The translations under genes were made by a program, and so were the position numbers. From Raillietiella orientalis (lineage: Eukaryota), in contig JAYWIR010000005.1 of the NCBI GenBank assembly GCA_036172245.1, positions 186,001 to 250,000 of the forward strand: 64,000 bases of DNA. The letters are read 5' to 3'. Shown here piece by piece: positions 1 to 13,709 of this stretch. Position 1 is the stretch's first letter, and each line of letters opens with the position of its first letter. The notes under the pieces were generated by a model. The model did not search any database. It saw only the letters and a list, made by a program, of their open reading frames with translations, and was not told where the DNA came from.

Positions 1-3000
1 ACTCGCTCACTCTTTTCGCGGGATTCTCCGGGAGGCATGGCAGCATCGATTGGCAGCGCTACCTCCTCTCGCTCTCTCGACCCTCCACCCGAGGCGAGGC
101 GGGGACGTGAGCGCATCTTCCCGCGTAGCTGAGCGGGGCGACGATGGGGAGTGACCACGTGGACCCGTGGAGGTTCGTTAGCCACGTGGCGGATCTCCCT
201 CCCTCGCGCCCGAGGTTGACCGCTCTTCCCTCTGGTCTCCGCCCTCGCGCGGTCAGCGCGCCCTTCGGCCCTCCGCGGGAGATGGAGGGACCGGTCCACC
301 ACTCCGGGCGCCGTAGAAGGGATCGAAGATTCCGTCCCTGCGCGGCGACGTGGGGCAGGGGTCTTCTACCCAGTCCCTCGGAAAAGACTCCTTCTCATCG
401 CAGAGAGGAGCTCATGCAGCGTTTCTCTCTGCGGTGCTATTCGTGCGTCCTCCGAGTTGCCCTCGGGTCTTTGCTCCGCCTCGTGTCCTCGGGAAGGCCC
501 TCCTTTTCTCCCAGGAGACCACTCCCGCCACGAGCACAAGAAACGCTCGCCCGGTGAGGGCGTTGGTCCGCACGCCCGGAAACCGTTGCCATGGCCACTC
601 TCCTTCCCCCTGGACGGTGGCGATACGAGGAACGGAGAGCGGACCGGGTGGACGGGAGGACTCCTCCCCTCCTCCTCCTCCACGCTTTCCGCTGCAGCAG
701 TAGGACGGCATCGGACCTTTCCCGGCCTCGAAATGGGGACTCACCCTGCATGGAACCACCGGCGCCTCGCGGACACGCGTGACCTTGAGCGAAGGCACCT
801 CCCCGCACGCAGCTGCTGCGAAACTACCGCAGGAGGAGGTACGCAGGGGCGGGGATTCGATCTTCAGAAGGTCCGAAGGGAGTCGAGCGGTCGAGGGGTC
901 GACTCGAGCGGCCGAGTTGTCCAAGGAAAGCCGACGGGGAGGGGGGGAGGTGGCAGCTAGCCACGACGACTGGAGCTGACTCCTGAGGTAACCCGAGCCC
1001 CCGCCCGCTGTATTAATCGCCACCTTGCAGTTCGCAACGCCCCTTCTTGCGCCATCGCTAACGCCTCGTCGCAGGTGCCTGCCGAACAGACGGGCGGGTG
1101 AGCCCCGTCGACTTCCGCCACCACCAGCAGCGGCAGCGCCCCTGCCGCCGGCGAGGAGCCCGCGCGCGCGCACTCTCCCGGGGAGGGTGCAGGGTTCCCG
1201 GAGCAGCAGCGGGGGGAAGTCGCAAGCGCCTCAGGGCAGGTCGGAAGACCAGAGGCAGTTGGACGCTGCACTCCCGTCGCCGCGATTACGAGGCAACCCC
1301 GCCCCCGTCCCTCCTTTCCTCCCTCCTGAAGTCGTCTCAGGACGGGCAGGGAACGCGACCATCCCGGAAGGGTCGCCGCCGCCGCCGCCGGAAGCGGGAA
1401 TCCGCCGCGGGCGGCAGAGGGACCGCGGCGAGCGGTTCCCGAGCGCTCCGCTATCTGGAGGGACGCCCTGTACGCGCGCCGGGGGGTCATATCGGAGGGT
1501 CCGGGGGATGCTGCCACCTCCTCCTCCTCCCACCCGGGATGCGGCGGACGGGTGGACCGGAGACCGGAGACCTCGTAACGCGCGGGAGGGGAATCTGCGC
1601 GCGCGGGCCGCTCAAAGCTCGTTAGCAGGAGATGCGCGTTCCCTGGAAGGACACGGGTGTGCATCTCCAGAGCGCAAGTCGAGAGCGGCAGGGCCGCCTG
1701 CGCGCCCGTTGGCTCTCACTGTCAGGCGGGCGGATCGACGGATACAGCCGCATGCCAGTTGCCGTGGGAAACGCCCTTTCTCCGCTTTCGACCCGAAGAC
1801 AGAAAGACCCAGCGAGAACGCCGGATGTTTCGAGTAGGAGCACGCGTGCGACACCGGACTGCGTCCTGAACGCACGCACGATCCTTGAGCGTCGCCGCCC
1901 TATTCTGAGGGGATCGGCCGCCCTGCCTGGAGCAGCGCGCCGGAGCGAACAGTCCCCGATGGGAAGGCCGCTGCCGGGCAACGGGATGCTGGAACCGCGC
2001 GCATCCACGCGTCCTTCCCGCCAGGCTTCCCGATTTCCTGAATCAGATGTTCCCACCGCCGCTGGCTACTTTGGCGCAACGAGTAGAGCGCCGCACTCAC
2101 ACTCAGCAGGAACGCCACGTCTGCCCAGTCGCATGGCGAAGCAGGGAATGCACCGTGCACTTCCCCCGGACGCTTAAAGTGGACCAGGAATGAGCGGTTC
2201 CGGCAGGTTCCTTCCCCTCCCCTGTTGCTGGGGGAAATCGCAGAGCGCGCCGGCAGACCCGCCTTCGAGCGTTCCTGATCGACGGAGACGGGGCGGCGGC
2301 ATTTCAAGCGGAAGGGCGAGGCGAAAGGGCGGCACAGATGAAGCATAAGAAAGCTGCTCTGTCCCCTTGCGATTCACCGCCTCCTCCGACTCGCACGCAG
2401 AAGGACACCGGGAACGTGTCGTAGACGAATTCCGGCTGCGGGTCCAACCCGCGGCTCACCAGGAAAACTGTCAGCCTCCTTCGGGCGGGTTGTTACCGGC
2501 TCTGAGCCCTTCCTCTTCCTCCTCCACTTCTTTGTTTGCAACCAGCAACTCCGGTCCGTCACCAACCTCGCCACAGAGGATTCTCACAAAATGCACTTAC
2601 TTAGGAGTAGTTGGAACCCTATGCGCTTGCTTGGAATGCGGAAGCCGACGTCCGAGATGGAAGGGCACCTCTGGAGCCCTTCAGTTTCCCCGTGCTGCTA
2701 TCCCACAGGACCTGCCAAAAGAAAGGCTGAGCGCTTCTCCAGGCTTGCAGTCTGCCTACCGTCTGTCGCTGGTGGTCGTCTGTCAACGAAACAACAGGAA
2801 GAGCAGGAATAAGAAGGAGATAAGAGACCCATGGCACAGGAAGACGTGATCAGCAGGAGGATCTGACCTTTCCTGAAGGGCACAGCGGGAGCTCGAGAAA
2901 GGGGCAGTGCTCCTCAAGGTACAGTAACGAGAGCAAACATCTTGCAGACGCGCCATGCAGGTGCAGCCGGGATCCCTGCTAGAGCACGAAACAGCAGGAG

Positions 3001-5006
3001 TCCTGTTCCTCTCCAAAAGAAGGACAAGGAGGAACAATGGGGAACAATGGAGAATGGGGAACAGGCTGGAGAAGGTGCACCGTTGTCAGGTTGGTCTGCC
3101 CGAGATGGAGACGATCTGAAGAATCGCCACCCATCTCTTTGTCCTGCGTGAGAAGGGAGCGGCCAAGAGGCCCAAGCGGGAGGAGGAGAGGATGAGAGGA
3201 ACTATCGGGCGATTGTGGGCAGACCAACCCTACGCCGTTGCACCCTCCTCAACCCGTTCCCCATTCATTCCTTCTTCCTATCCCGCCACTCCTGCCCAGT
3301 TTCATCTCTGGCGAGAGCAGTTTCTTTGGATCCGGTCGCTCCAGGCTGTTGCAGGTTCCTCTGGTGAGCAATCTATTAGAACAGGGACTCTGAGTCCGAT
3401 AATGCAGGGGGGGGGGGGGGAACTGAACCCGGCCTTTCCAGGGCATTTCTTCAGAATAAAGGAGCTGACAGAGAGCGACGTCTTTGCGGTGCGTTGAACC
3501 CACCGTGGGAGTTGCTGGCACCGAGGGGGAATCCTCCGGGTGCAGGAGGGTTGCTGAGGAGGCTCGCAGGCAGGTGCGGGGACGCGCGCGTCCCTCTGCG
3601 TCCGGTGGCGCCGGCGTTGGCCGTGCGGAGAAGACCGCAGCGCAGTGAGAGCGACGCCGCGTATCGCCAGCGGAGGAGAAACCGTCCGAGAGGGAGGCAA
3701 CGGGACCTCCAATTCCTCCAGGAGGATCTCGGGATTGCCTTCCCTCCAGCGCAGACCTCGGGTGCGGACACGAGGTGTCGCGGAAGACCTTGGGCCGTCT
3801 AGCCGTCCCCACGCTCCCGTCGGAAGGTGGCGGTGGTACACGCCCACTTCCTGGGATCTATAGTAGCCCCCTGCAGGGACAGGGAGCATGTCAAAGCGTC
3901 GGGGCAGTCCCGGTCCGTCCCGAGGGACCCGCGTCCCCTACCACTGTGCACTGCAACTTGGCAGAGCCCCGGAGATTCACGTGCGCTCCCGAAGCAGGGT
4001 TCCAAGCCCGTCAGAGAGAACTCCAAACCTTCAGCCGATTCCCGGGGAGCTGCTGGGAGCAAGAGATGCTTCCATTCTATCAGACCGTCACCACGACTCC
4101 TGCTCCCACGTTTCCATAGGGAAGACTCCCCGCGGCTCGCCTGCCGACGAGGTTCGCTTGGTGGTCGAAGATGGGGAGGGATGGGGCAGGTAGGGAAATG
4201 AAAAAAGGAAGAAAAAAATGCGTGCGTGGGCGGGGAGGTAGGAATAATAGGCAAGGGATCGCTCGTGCTCCGCGTCCTGCGGAGGATGTCGAAGATCCAG
4301 GCGGAGTCATCCGGCAGATCCCCTCAGGCAGACAGGAGGTCAGGGTAAGACCCCTCTCGCGTGGGACTGCTGCTTTGCCTTGCGTTGGACCCAACAGCCA
4401 AGACCGGAGTCGCCGGAAGAGAACCCGTGTCTGACCCTTCATGACACGATCCCGCTTCTGGGAAGATGCTGGAGCGCACACTCTGCAGGGAGCGAGCGAT
4501 GCTGGGTAGGCGGCCTCCGCACGTTCGATGCACGTAGGGAGGCGCCCGAACTCCACACATCTCTGTGTGCCCGCGAGGGGCAGCGGAGTGCCCTCAGGGG
4601 TTCATCCGCGGCGAGCCTCCTGACTTCCACGACCTCGACATTCGCCACCTAGACCTCCGTTCCTTTGAAGGTCGAACTTGACAGAGTGGCACCGAGCTGG
4701 CAGAGAGGCTTAGGGCAGAGCGGTGAGCTCCACCGGTCGTCGTCATAGCAGCGGAGGTCCGGGCCGAGAGTTCGTGAGGCCGCGCTGAACTACACCAGAA
4801 GGTCGGCACGACCTTCCAAGCGACCCCTCACTTCGAGAGAAGCGTGGGATAAGGGAGATCCTCCCAGCATCCTCCTCCGAGATGCAGCTTCCCCTTGCGT
4901 CTGATTTCCCTGTAGGGCACGCGCGAAGAGCGTGGACCGGTGGCTTCCCGCCTGTCTCTTCGATTCGCGTCTTCCGGTTCCTGACCCGGATGGGCGCGGG
5001 AAGCGG

Positions 5007-5180
5007 CGGAGGCGCGCGCCTCCCCGATCCCTGGAGCTTTTCCGGGGCGAGGTCGGCGCGCAGGTCGGGCAACCGGATGCCGCGACTCTCCGTCCAGGTT
5101 TCCTCTTCCCGGGATTCCTGCCTTTCCTGGCGCGGGAACCGCGAGGCAGATTTGCGTCTACCCTGTCAACGCCTCGAGGT
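5007..5180 (+). repeat. Dispersed repeat; inverted copy at ~9131-9290
   Basis: Shared blocks GGCGCGCGCCTCCCCGATCCCTGGAGCT and CCTGCCTTTCCTGGC(G/A)CGGGAACC occur in opposite orientation. Confidence 0.8.
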
Positions 5181-6427
5181 TCGGCGCCACCGGGAGCAGG
5201 GAAGCCTCTGTCATCGCCTCCGGCCAGGGACTGACCCTGAAAGAGGGAGCATCCGTCTGCAGCCGGCGAATCAAGAGAGGGGAGCGAAGGCAGCCGCTGG
5301 GAAGCGGCGCAAGGAGCGGCTCCGCACCCTTTTTCATGGACCGCGCCGCGTCCGCGCCACCTCACCGAAATTTCCGGAATTGCTCGTCGACCCCCCCTTT
5401 CCCTTCCTTCTCCGCGGGGTCCTTCGCTGACCCCGCGAGTGCATCCGCTGATGGCAACAGCCTGGACGACGCTCGGCAGGGACGGAGAGCTGAGACTCCT
5501 CCCTGCATCCCCGAATTTCGGTTCCCTCCCTAACACGACCCCAGCGGGAGCGGCGAAGCCACGCGACCCTTGAGGATAGGGTGACCTACACTGAGTGGCG
5601 GAAGACCTCCTGGAGTTCCGGGAAGGAGAGGGTGCATCGTAGAGCCGCAGGGGCATCGCGAGGAAGAGGGCCTTAGTTCATCCGGGCCTCCGCAAGCCTC
5701 CGCTGGGGAGCCGCAAAGTCCCTCGACGGGCGAACTCCGGGTCGGGTCATCGACGCCAAGCACCGCACCCAAAGGTCCAAGGAGCTGCTGCTGGCTTCGC
5801 AACGGGGTCTCCCATGCGCCGTCGGTCCAGGGAGGAAGGGGAGGGGGAACCGGACCGTCTGTGCCAGGCGCAGAGGGCCCGAATTCCTCCCTGCGGAACG
5901 GCCCCTCCGGATCCCGGGGACGCTTCGAAACGCCTCTTCGCGCTGGACGCACCGTCGCCAGTCGAGACATCAGCAGCGGCTTGCTGCCTTCGCGAGATGC
6001 ATTACCATGGGGAACCGGGTGGGTGGCACGGTCCGCATGCAGTTGCGGGGGGATTCGCGCCCTTCGAGCCCGCAACAGTACGGATCTTCGAAGCGCCGGA
6101 GGGACATTCCTTCAGGCTGGAGCGCAATCGAAGGAAGGTCCGGACAGCAGAAACGTCATCCGCTCCTGGAGGGTTGAGGCCAGGTGGCCTTACATAGGAA
6201 CCGGAAGGTTCTCTTCGCCCAGCACTCTCCAGAGGCTACGGAGGGCGCCGCCCCCAACGGCCAGCGATCCCTTCCCAGATCCCCAGCTCGGCGCCTCCCG
6301 GTGCCACTCGCGTTGCAGTGGACAGGACAAGGCGCAGGAACTTCATTCGGGGAGGAGGAGGAGGGAGGGACCAACGGACGCCCTCCCAGGATGAAAGTGG
6401 CCGTAGCCACTGGGAAGGTTTATCAAC

Positions 6428-6470
6428 CGGTCACGCCGGGACGTTTATTATAAAATAAAATACACATACA
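6428..6470 (-). repeat. 3' terminus only of the same family
   Basis: CGCCGGG(A/G)CGTTTATTATAAAATAAAATACACATACA is shared almost exactly with 9766-9802. Confidence 0.8.
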
Positions 6471-7109
6471 TGTGAATGTATATACAAGCTGCTGCTGCTG
6501 GCTAGGGAGCTCTGTTGCTATGGAACCGCGCCGCGGTTCGTACCCCGAGCAGCTGTCTGCGGGGGTCGGCGAGATGCAGGCCATGGCTGTGCCAATCGCC
6601 GTGGCCAGAGCTTCGGGCAGCTGCAGCGGCAGCAGAGTGGTCGTTCCGGTTGCGGCGGTCCTGCAAGTACGCGGGATGAGGGGGAAGCGGGTGTCCGTGA
6701 CACGGGAGCAGTTTGGATTCCCGCTCCCCCTCCCCACCAAGCATTCCTCTTATTTATTTATTCATTTTGTTGTCTTTTTTTTTTTTCGCGTGTCCCCCGC
6801 CGAAGGCGGACCACGTCGGTCGAAGGAGCGGGAGGTGTCAGCAGGCTCTCAGAGCATCTTGACCAGGAGTTCCGCCGCGCGGTTTCTCCCTTACAAGTCT
6901 GTCCTCAGCGGTGATCCATCACCCCGGCGCAGCCGGATGGCGACGGAGTTTCTCGGGCAACGGTGCGTCTGTGCCACCGTCCAGAGTCCCCCCCCCCGGC
7001 AGCAGCACGGGAGAGGCCGGGAGCCGCGTCCTCCACAGCAACGGTTCGGGTAGGTCCGACTCGACGAGCGCGTCCGCGAGAGGCGCCGCCCGCGGCGGCT
7101 TAGCTCCGC

Positions 7110-7446
7110 TCCATCTATTTTGCTGTCCTCTTAATGAGTATAGCATCAAGATGGACCCATCTGGGAGTCTTGAAACAGGAACTTGCCGGCATCCTTACAA
7201 GATGCAAAGGACACTCTCCTGCACACAGTGCTTCCTTCCCAACCCCCCCCCCCTCCCCATCCCATTTTTTGTGATGTTTTTGTTTTATATTTCTTTTTGT
7301 TTGTCTTTTTCCCCCCTCTGCTGCCGAGGCGAACCTCGCTGGCCTGCGCACCGGTTCTCGGCATTTTGTAACATGGCAGGATCACACATCTTTCCATCGA
7401 CGTCCAAGTTTCATTCTTAATAAATAAACGCTCCAGCGTGACCGGG
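7110..7446 (+). pseudogene. Third (3') copy of the same family
   Basis: SIASRWTHLGVLKQELAGILT, then after a frameshift MQRTL. Shares GCTGCCGAGGCGAACCT and the tail AATAAACGCTCCAGCGTGACCGGG. Confidence 0.5.
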
Positions 7447-9759
7447 TGTCAATCCTGCTAGGGGTCGGCGGGTGCGAGCAGGGAACTCCTCAGGAGCGGC
7501 TGTGAGAGCTCCCTCGGCCGGCGCGGGGTTTCTTCTTCCCTCCTCCTCGGGGCAAAAATCTCAGGAGTGAGCCGAGTAGGTTTGCGGCGGTCAACGAGCC
7601 CGGGAAGGCACGGCGTGGCTGCTCTACGCGCCGGCGGGGGCGGGGCTTCCGACTGCTCCTCCTTGGGCGGAGTCTGGGCAAAGAACGGGGAGGCGGCCAC
7701 GCCCAGCCAACGTCCGATGAGCGGGTCGTCGTCGTCGTCTGCGTGATCCTGCAGGAGAGCGCGCGGGGCCCGCTCGAGGCCGGTCAGTAATTCGGGTGGG
7801 TGGGCTGAGGTCAGCCCTGGCAGGAGGAACGCGGAGGAGCGTCGACCCCGCGCGGCGCCGGTGGTGACTACCGGCGTGGTAGGAAAGATCGACAGCTGCG
7901 ATTCCGTGCTTCCTCGCGTTCTCTCGGCCCATCTGGAGGTGGACGACCCGGAGGTCGTCGAGAGAGGACCCGCGTCAGTTCGCCACGAGTGGCGGTGGCT
8001 GTCACGAAATACGACTGCGTCGCGAAGATGATGGGGAAGGTCCCGGCCACATGATAAGTGAGCTCTGGAAGTGTCCATCAAACCATGTGTGGCGCCTGGT
8101 CTCCGGAACTGACGTCCGCGACGAAACGAAGAAGAGGGCCAGAGGATGTGACTCACTCGACAAGGCTGCCAGTCACCACGGCACGTGGCCCTGCCAGAGG
8201 CTGGCACGAAACTAGCCGGAGGAGCGACCTAGCACTGGACACTCAGGTTGACTTCCCGATGTGCCACCATGGAGGAATTCCGAGTGACTGCAGACCGAAC
8301 TACTGGACAGGCAGCGGTCAAGACGACGCCTGCGAGGCATATGGAGTCAAGCGAGCCCTGCTCCACGTTTCCTCCTGCCCAACGCTGCGCTGGGATTTGG
8401 GGGACGCCGAAGACGGACATCCTGGCGGGAATATTTGAAGGGAACAGGAACTTCTCCGATGCAGTCCCATGGCCCGCACCACCATGTTCCCCTTATTCAC
8501 GAGCATCATGACAAGAAGGGCAAAGATGAGGAGAACCGGAGCACTAGAGGACCATTTTCCTGAGAGTCATCAAGAGGGATATGCGGATCAGGAACTGCAA
8601 CATAGTCTCCGCCTGGACCTACCGCTGCATCTTGAAGGGAGTGGGGATGCTGCCCAGGTGAGTCCCTCGTTTCCGGGGTAGTCGCATCCCTAAACTGTTC
8701 CAGAGGGTGCGGTTGGACTGCAGTGCCTCGCGGGCATGTGTCGTGGAGACGCACCTTGCCGCGCCGCCACCCGGAGGGCACAGCTTTGGACCTGCTGCAG
8801 AGATTTGTCACGCAAGGCAGGCTGACGCCAGGGGCGCCCATGATCGTGACGAGATGCTGGATCCGAGCCATGGTGACGGAGCCCCGTTCGTAGAGAAGAG
8901 GGACCTCCCGCATGGCAGCCGCCTTGGTGAGGACGGCCACGAGATGGCCTCACCTTCAAGAAGTCTCCAGGGAGATCCACAGCATCTAGCGCCAGCTGCA
9001 GGAAGAAAGGAGCAGCTCAGACCTTCGACTCTTGTCCTCACGCTACCTTCCTCCCCTTTCTTGTTTCACTATACCTTTTGTTTCCCCCCCCCCCTCCTAC
9101 CCTGAGGAGCCGCCCTGAGAGCTGGTTGTCGTCGAGGTGTGGCAGAGTGGACGCAAACCTGCCTCAAGGTTCCCGTGCCAGGAAAGGCAGGGAAAGAGAA
9201 AACCTGGCCAGATCGTCGCGGAGTCGGACTCGCCTGCCGACCTCCCCCTCTGAAGAGCTCCAGGGATCGGGGAGGCGCGCGCCCCCGCCCTATTTTTATT
9301 TTTTTTTTGAGGGGGGGGAAGGAATTCCCTTAGCGCTTCAGGCGAGGTGCCGACCGGGTACAGGGTGACTTCCCCAAGCGAACGAGCTTGAGAGCTTGGG
9401 CTCGATCTTCCAGACCAAAGGGGGCGAACCACCCTTTCTCATTTCGCTTTTTAATGGCAGTAGCAAGAGATGAATGGAGTCTGCTGCTTGCAAGGGAATG
9501 CCTCCCGGATTTTTTTTCTCCGGAGCAAGACGCCCAGGATCACGGCGGGAATCTGCGAGATGAAAGGTTGGCGATCTCTTCCAAAATATTTTTTTTTCTC
9601 GTCTCCGAGGGAAGGAGGATGAGGTCAGGAAGAGAAAGGGATCCCTCCTATTCGTCCTGGCTGAGCTTTTGCCAACAACGCGTCAGATAAATCACTCCGT
9701 GCTTCGTTTCGGGCCTTCCGGGAGCAGTCGATCGTCGAAGGGGATCTCGGGCTAACGCC

Positions 9760-10290
9760 TGGTAGCGCCGGGGCGTTTATTATAAAATAAAATACACATA
9801 CAGGTGTAGGACCATCGGTCTTACAACGTCCGAAACTGCTCGGAACCTGCCGAGTGACCGGCACGCAGACCGGCAAGGTTCGCCTCAGCAACGGAGGAGG
9901 AAGGAGACAAATACAAAAAATTGGGAGGGTTAGCGAAGGCATCACCGGGTGCTGCAGAGCGTCCTCTGCATCCTTTCCAGGATGCCTGCTAGTTCCATCC
10001 GAGTATGCTCCAGGTGGGGCCATCTAGCTGCCGTCCGCAGGAAGCGCAGGGCGAAGGGCAGATGGCGCCCCTATCGTGCCGCATCCTCCTCTCGAGCCGC
10101 CACAATCCCGCGTAGGCAGCAAAGAGCTGCTGGGGCTGCAGCAGGCGAAAGGGCATCGCTCACGAAGAGGCGTCCCTGTGATTGTCCGTCGGTACGCCAA
10201 GGATCGTTGCGTAATGCAACCACAGGGGCCGGAGGGCAACACAGTCTACAAGCAGGTGAGGGAGCTGGAATTGCCGCTCCCCGCATCTGC
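9760..10290 (-). pseudogene. Decayed copy of an unidentified local coding/repeat family
   Basis: Reads DALSPAAAPAALCCLRGIVAAREEDAAR*GRHLPFALRFLRTAARWPHLEHTRMELAGILERMQRTLCSTR*, followed by a UTR-like tail ending AATAAACGCCCCGGCG. Homologous to 13710-13990(+) and 7110-7446(+). Confidence 0.55.
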
Positions 10291-11036
10291 AACAGTTGGG
10301 GGGTCCACAGCGCCTCAGGTCCAGCGAGAGCAGCGGGCGTTGCACGGGGTGCTCCAGTGCAACAGCAGAAGTATCGACCCCTCTCATTTCAGGGGGAGGG
10401 CCCGATTGTTCTTCAGCTCTGGGAGCCACTCGAGGTCTTCCTGTGGGATTCCCAGCAGCTCACTCCAATGTAATAGTCCCTTCGGTGGGGCACTTGGGGT
10501 CGCAGCGTCCGTGAGCTGGCCCGTGGTCCAATCACTAATTCCTTCGCTCTTCCTCCGATCTCACATCGGACCTCCCATTTGGCCGGCTGGGGGTTTTCTG
10601 GGGGTACGCCTAGTCTTCTCCTTGAAACTTTCGCGCCTAGTCTCGCACCCCGTCGCCTCCAAGAGGTCGCACAGTTTCCTAGCTGACGGCCACCCGATCC
10701 GTCCGTACGCGATCGCGAACCATCGGCAGCAGAGCAGAGGTGGGGTGGAGGGGGGAGAGCAGCTAGAATTTCCAATCAGGGAGATGGGCGATTCGCCCGT
10801 GCCACATCGCCAAGGCCATCTGTCTATGGTCGAGCCATCACTCCCAGAGTTGCGGCAAACCACGTGCGGAGGAAAGAGGGAGGCTGTGTGACTGGAACGG
10901 CAACTGGCGGGTGCCAAGATTCGCCGAAGAAGGGTGAGCGTTCCTTGCCTTCCCAACCTCCCACCCTTGCACTCGCGGTTCTGAAAGGAGGTTTCGTCTA
11001 GACGGAAGACGAAGGCCGGTCTCTACGTCGATCCTT

Positions 11037-11100
11037 CTCAGGGCGGGATTCGAACCTGCGACTCTTGGTACAACGCGCGGAGACCTCTACAGCCACACCG
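11037..11100 (-). mobile_element. tRNA-derived SINE head or tRNA pseudogene
   Basis: Minus strand has B-box GGTTCGAATCCC (11056-11045) in a T-arm context and an A-box-like TGGCTGTAGAGG (11095-11084). No complete cloverleaf. Confidence 0.5.
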
Positions 11101-13709
11101 GCAGCTGCCGCAGGCGTGGGAAAGGACCGCGCGTGTTGAGCCGAGCGCATAGACGTCCACGGAGTGGTCCCGAACGGAAGAAACTTCCCGTCTCAGTGGC
11201 TGCGAGCTGCAGGGGTGGTAGAAGATCCCCTCTGGCACGCCGAGGGCGCTTCGTCTTCCCGGGTCTCCATCGGACGCAAGACGACGCTGCTAGAAACCAT
11301 CTCAGGGATGGTTTCCGACAGCGGAACGGATGGTGTGTTTGGCGTTCTGTCCCCGGAGTCTGCTTGCATCTTGAGAACAACGGGATGTATTGGTCCTCGT
11401 GTACGTCCCCGCCTCAGGGAGGGACGACGCCTGCTCCAGGAAAGACGTTTGGGACGCACGCGCATTCGGAGACTAACAGGTGGGGGTGGTGTAGGGATGC
11501 ATTCCGCAGCCCAATCTCGCACGCTCCGGACGCTCGCGGGGAGAGACGGACCATCCCCTGGGGCGCGGAGTGGGCCAGGACACGCAGGCCTTCTCTCTTG
11601 GGACGAAAAGAAAAAGCCTCTTGGGCTGCTCATGCGCGCTTTCTCACGGGACAGACCAGGGGAGGGAGGGGGGAAGAGCCTGCACCCCGATCGGAGACAT
11701 GCATTCCGCGATGAGGTCGCGCAGCCGACTACTGCAATCTCCGACATCTTGAGCGCCCGAAACGGATCCTGGGCCAGAAGGATGCATAGGCACGTCGATC
11801 GCTGCTCCCCGAGGGGGTACTCTGATGGAAGGGGGGGGGCAGGAAGGAAGAGCAGGCGGAGGACCAAAAGCGAAGGTGACCCTCCAGCGCCTTCGCTGGC
11901 CAGAGGTTCCTCACTGAAGAAGTCCGGCACTTCGCAGGCTTTCCCGAAGCGGGTCGCAGTGGGACGCACCCACTCGAAACTCCCGTAAGACCCGCTCGCA
12001 CGGCGGCGACCCTCGCATCTCTGCAGCATGGACCTCGTGTCGCTGCGCCCTGTGGAGGGAAAGGTGGCCATAGAAACGGGTGGACCGGAGTTTCCCGTTC
12101 CGGGCGCAGCTGCCGGTCGCTGGCGCGGGGCTCGCCCTGGGAACTCGTCCCCATCTTCCCTGGACTCTCGGCTGAGGAGCTGGGGCAGTCGCACGAGAGG
12201 GCCGCGCGCTGACCTCGAACGGTCCCTGTTGTCGCGGAGGCCAGCCGGTGAGGAGAACGGCGACCACCAAGGAGGTTTCCCGGCAATTCCGGCGTCGCCC
12301 GCGGCTCTCTCGTCCCGACCGTGGCGTCGTGCGCTGCCACTCCCGATTGCGCCTTCCCGATCGCGGGCGGTCCGGAAAGCTCAATGGCGCGCTCGCTCGT
12401 CCGGCGGACTGGAGAGGCCGCTCCGGGCCGCTCAGCGCTGCTGCCTTGGCAACAGGTGCAAGCCTGGTGCGTACTTTCCTGCCCGCGCCTCCGCTAACTG
12501 GGTTACTGGATGCAGGTGTTCCGGCCAGTGACAACCCGAATGTTAAAAATAGCGCGCCGCTTCTATGCCACTTGCCGCCGCCGCACCAGTCGCGCGTCCT
12601 CTGCCTCGAAGAAGGTGGTCGCCCGGCGCGAACCTGGCGGGGCTGCAGCGAAACACAAGACGCGCGCGCATAGCTGCGATAGCCGCTGCTCTCCGCTGCC
12701 AGCGGGTTTGGCCGCAGTCGCGTGGGGAAAAGACCAGGATTGCACCCCAACACACCTCCTAACCCCTTTCCCCCTCTCCTCCTCCTCCTCCTCCTCTTCC
12801 TCATCCCCCGACCCGGGAACAGGCCGAAGCACCTGTCCAGGCAGAACGGGGGATCGGTAACTGTCTCTTTGGCGACGGCTGTCTCCTGCAGCGCGCAGAT
12901 AGAAGGCCGGAAGCGGATCACGGATCGCTTGCAGCTGACCTTCACTCCTTTGCCGGGTGGCCTCTTGGCTCTACTTCTTGGACCACTGCGTGTGCACCAT
13001 GGCAGAGGAGAACGGCTGGATGGCCTGCTGCCCCGCCAACTCTGGCACCTGGCTGGAGATGAAACAGCTGGCACGTGGGCGAAGACGGAGGAGCCCGGCT
13101 CGGAGACGTGAAACCTCCTGAGCACGTGCGCCTGCTGCTCTCTGCGAAAGATCCTGGAGAGTCCCGGCACGAACGCGTGGGCGGAGCGGTCACCGCCCTT
13201 GCTGCAATGATGTCCTCTCTCAGGGAGGCGAGTGGCAGCAGCAGCCAACCAGCGAGGTTGGGAAGTCTCCGGCGAGGCCACAGGCAGGTGGAAGGAGATT
13301 GCTGGTTGGAACACGGGGGCGCGACCCCCGAGTGCACTCTCTCGGGGAATTCAGCTCTGGGGAGAGCTGCTGAGACTTCTCCGTGAAGACACGAAGCGAT
13401 TCCTGGTGTTTGCGGACAGCAGTGCCCCCTCCTCTCGAAGTGGCAGGGGGGCGACACTTCTGACCACTTCAGACCCCGTTGCAACGGGGGTCCTCCGTGC
13501 TACGTTGCAGCGGCTTCGGATGACGCTGGGGAGTGCAATCCCAGACTGCCTCCGGGAGCGGGGAACGGGAATCTCCCCTCTCGCACCTGCTCGCGGACCG
13601 TGGCGCCCTTCGGTCCCATGAGAATGCTTCGGTACGACCCTGCGGAACCCGGTTGGCAATTCCAGGGACGCGGAAAGGACTTTTTCCGCGTCCCTGGAAT
13701 TTTTTTCTC

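Noticed and set aside
8040..9000. Lower-GC stretch suggestive of decayed retroelement pol
   Set aside because: No recognisable RT, RNase H or integrase catalytic motifs in any frame.
11037..11100. Functional tRNA gene
   Set aside because: The B-box and T-arm are present, but I could not build acceptor and D stems.
12870..12950. Minus-strand RFRPSICALQET resembling a LINE apurinic endonuclease motif
   Set aside because: It is a single short motif, and I found no other endonuclease or RT motifs nearby.
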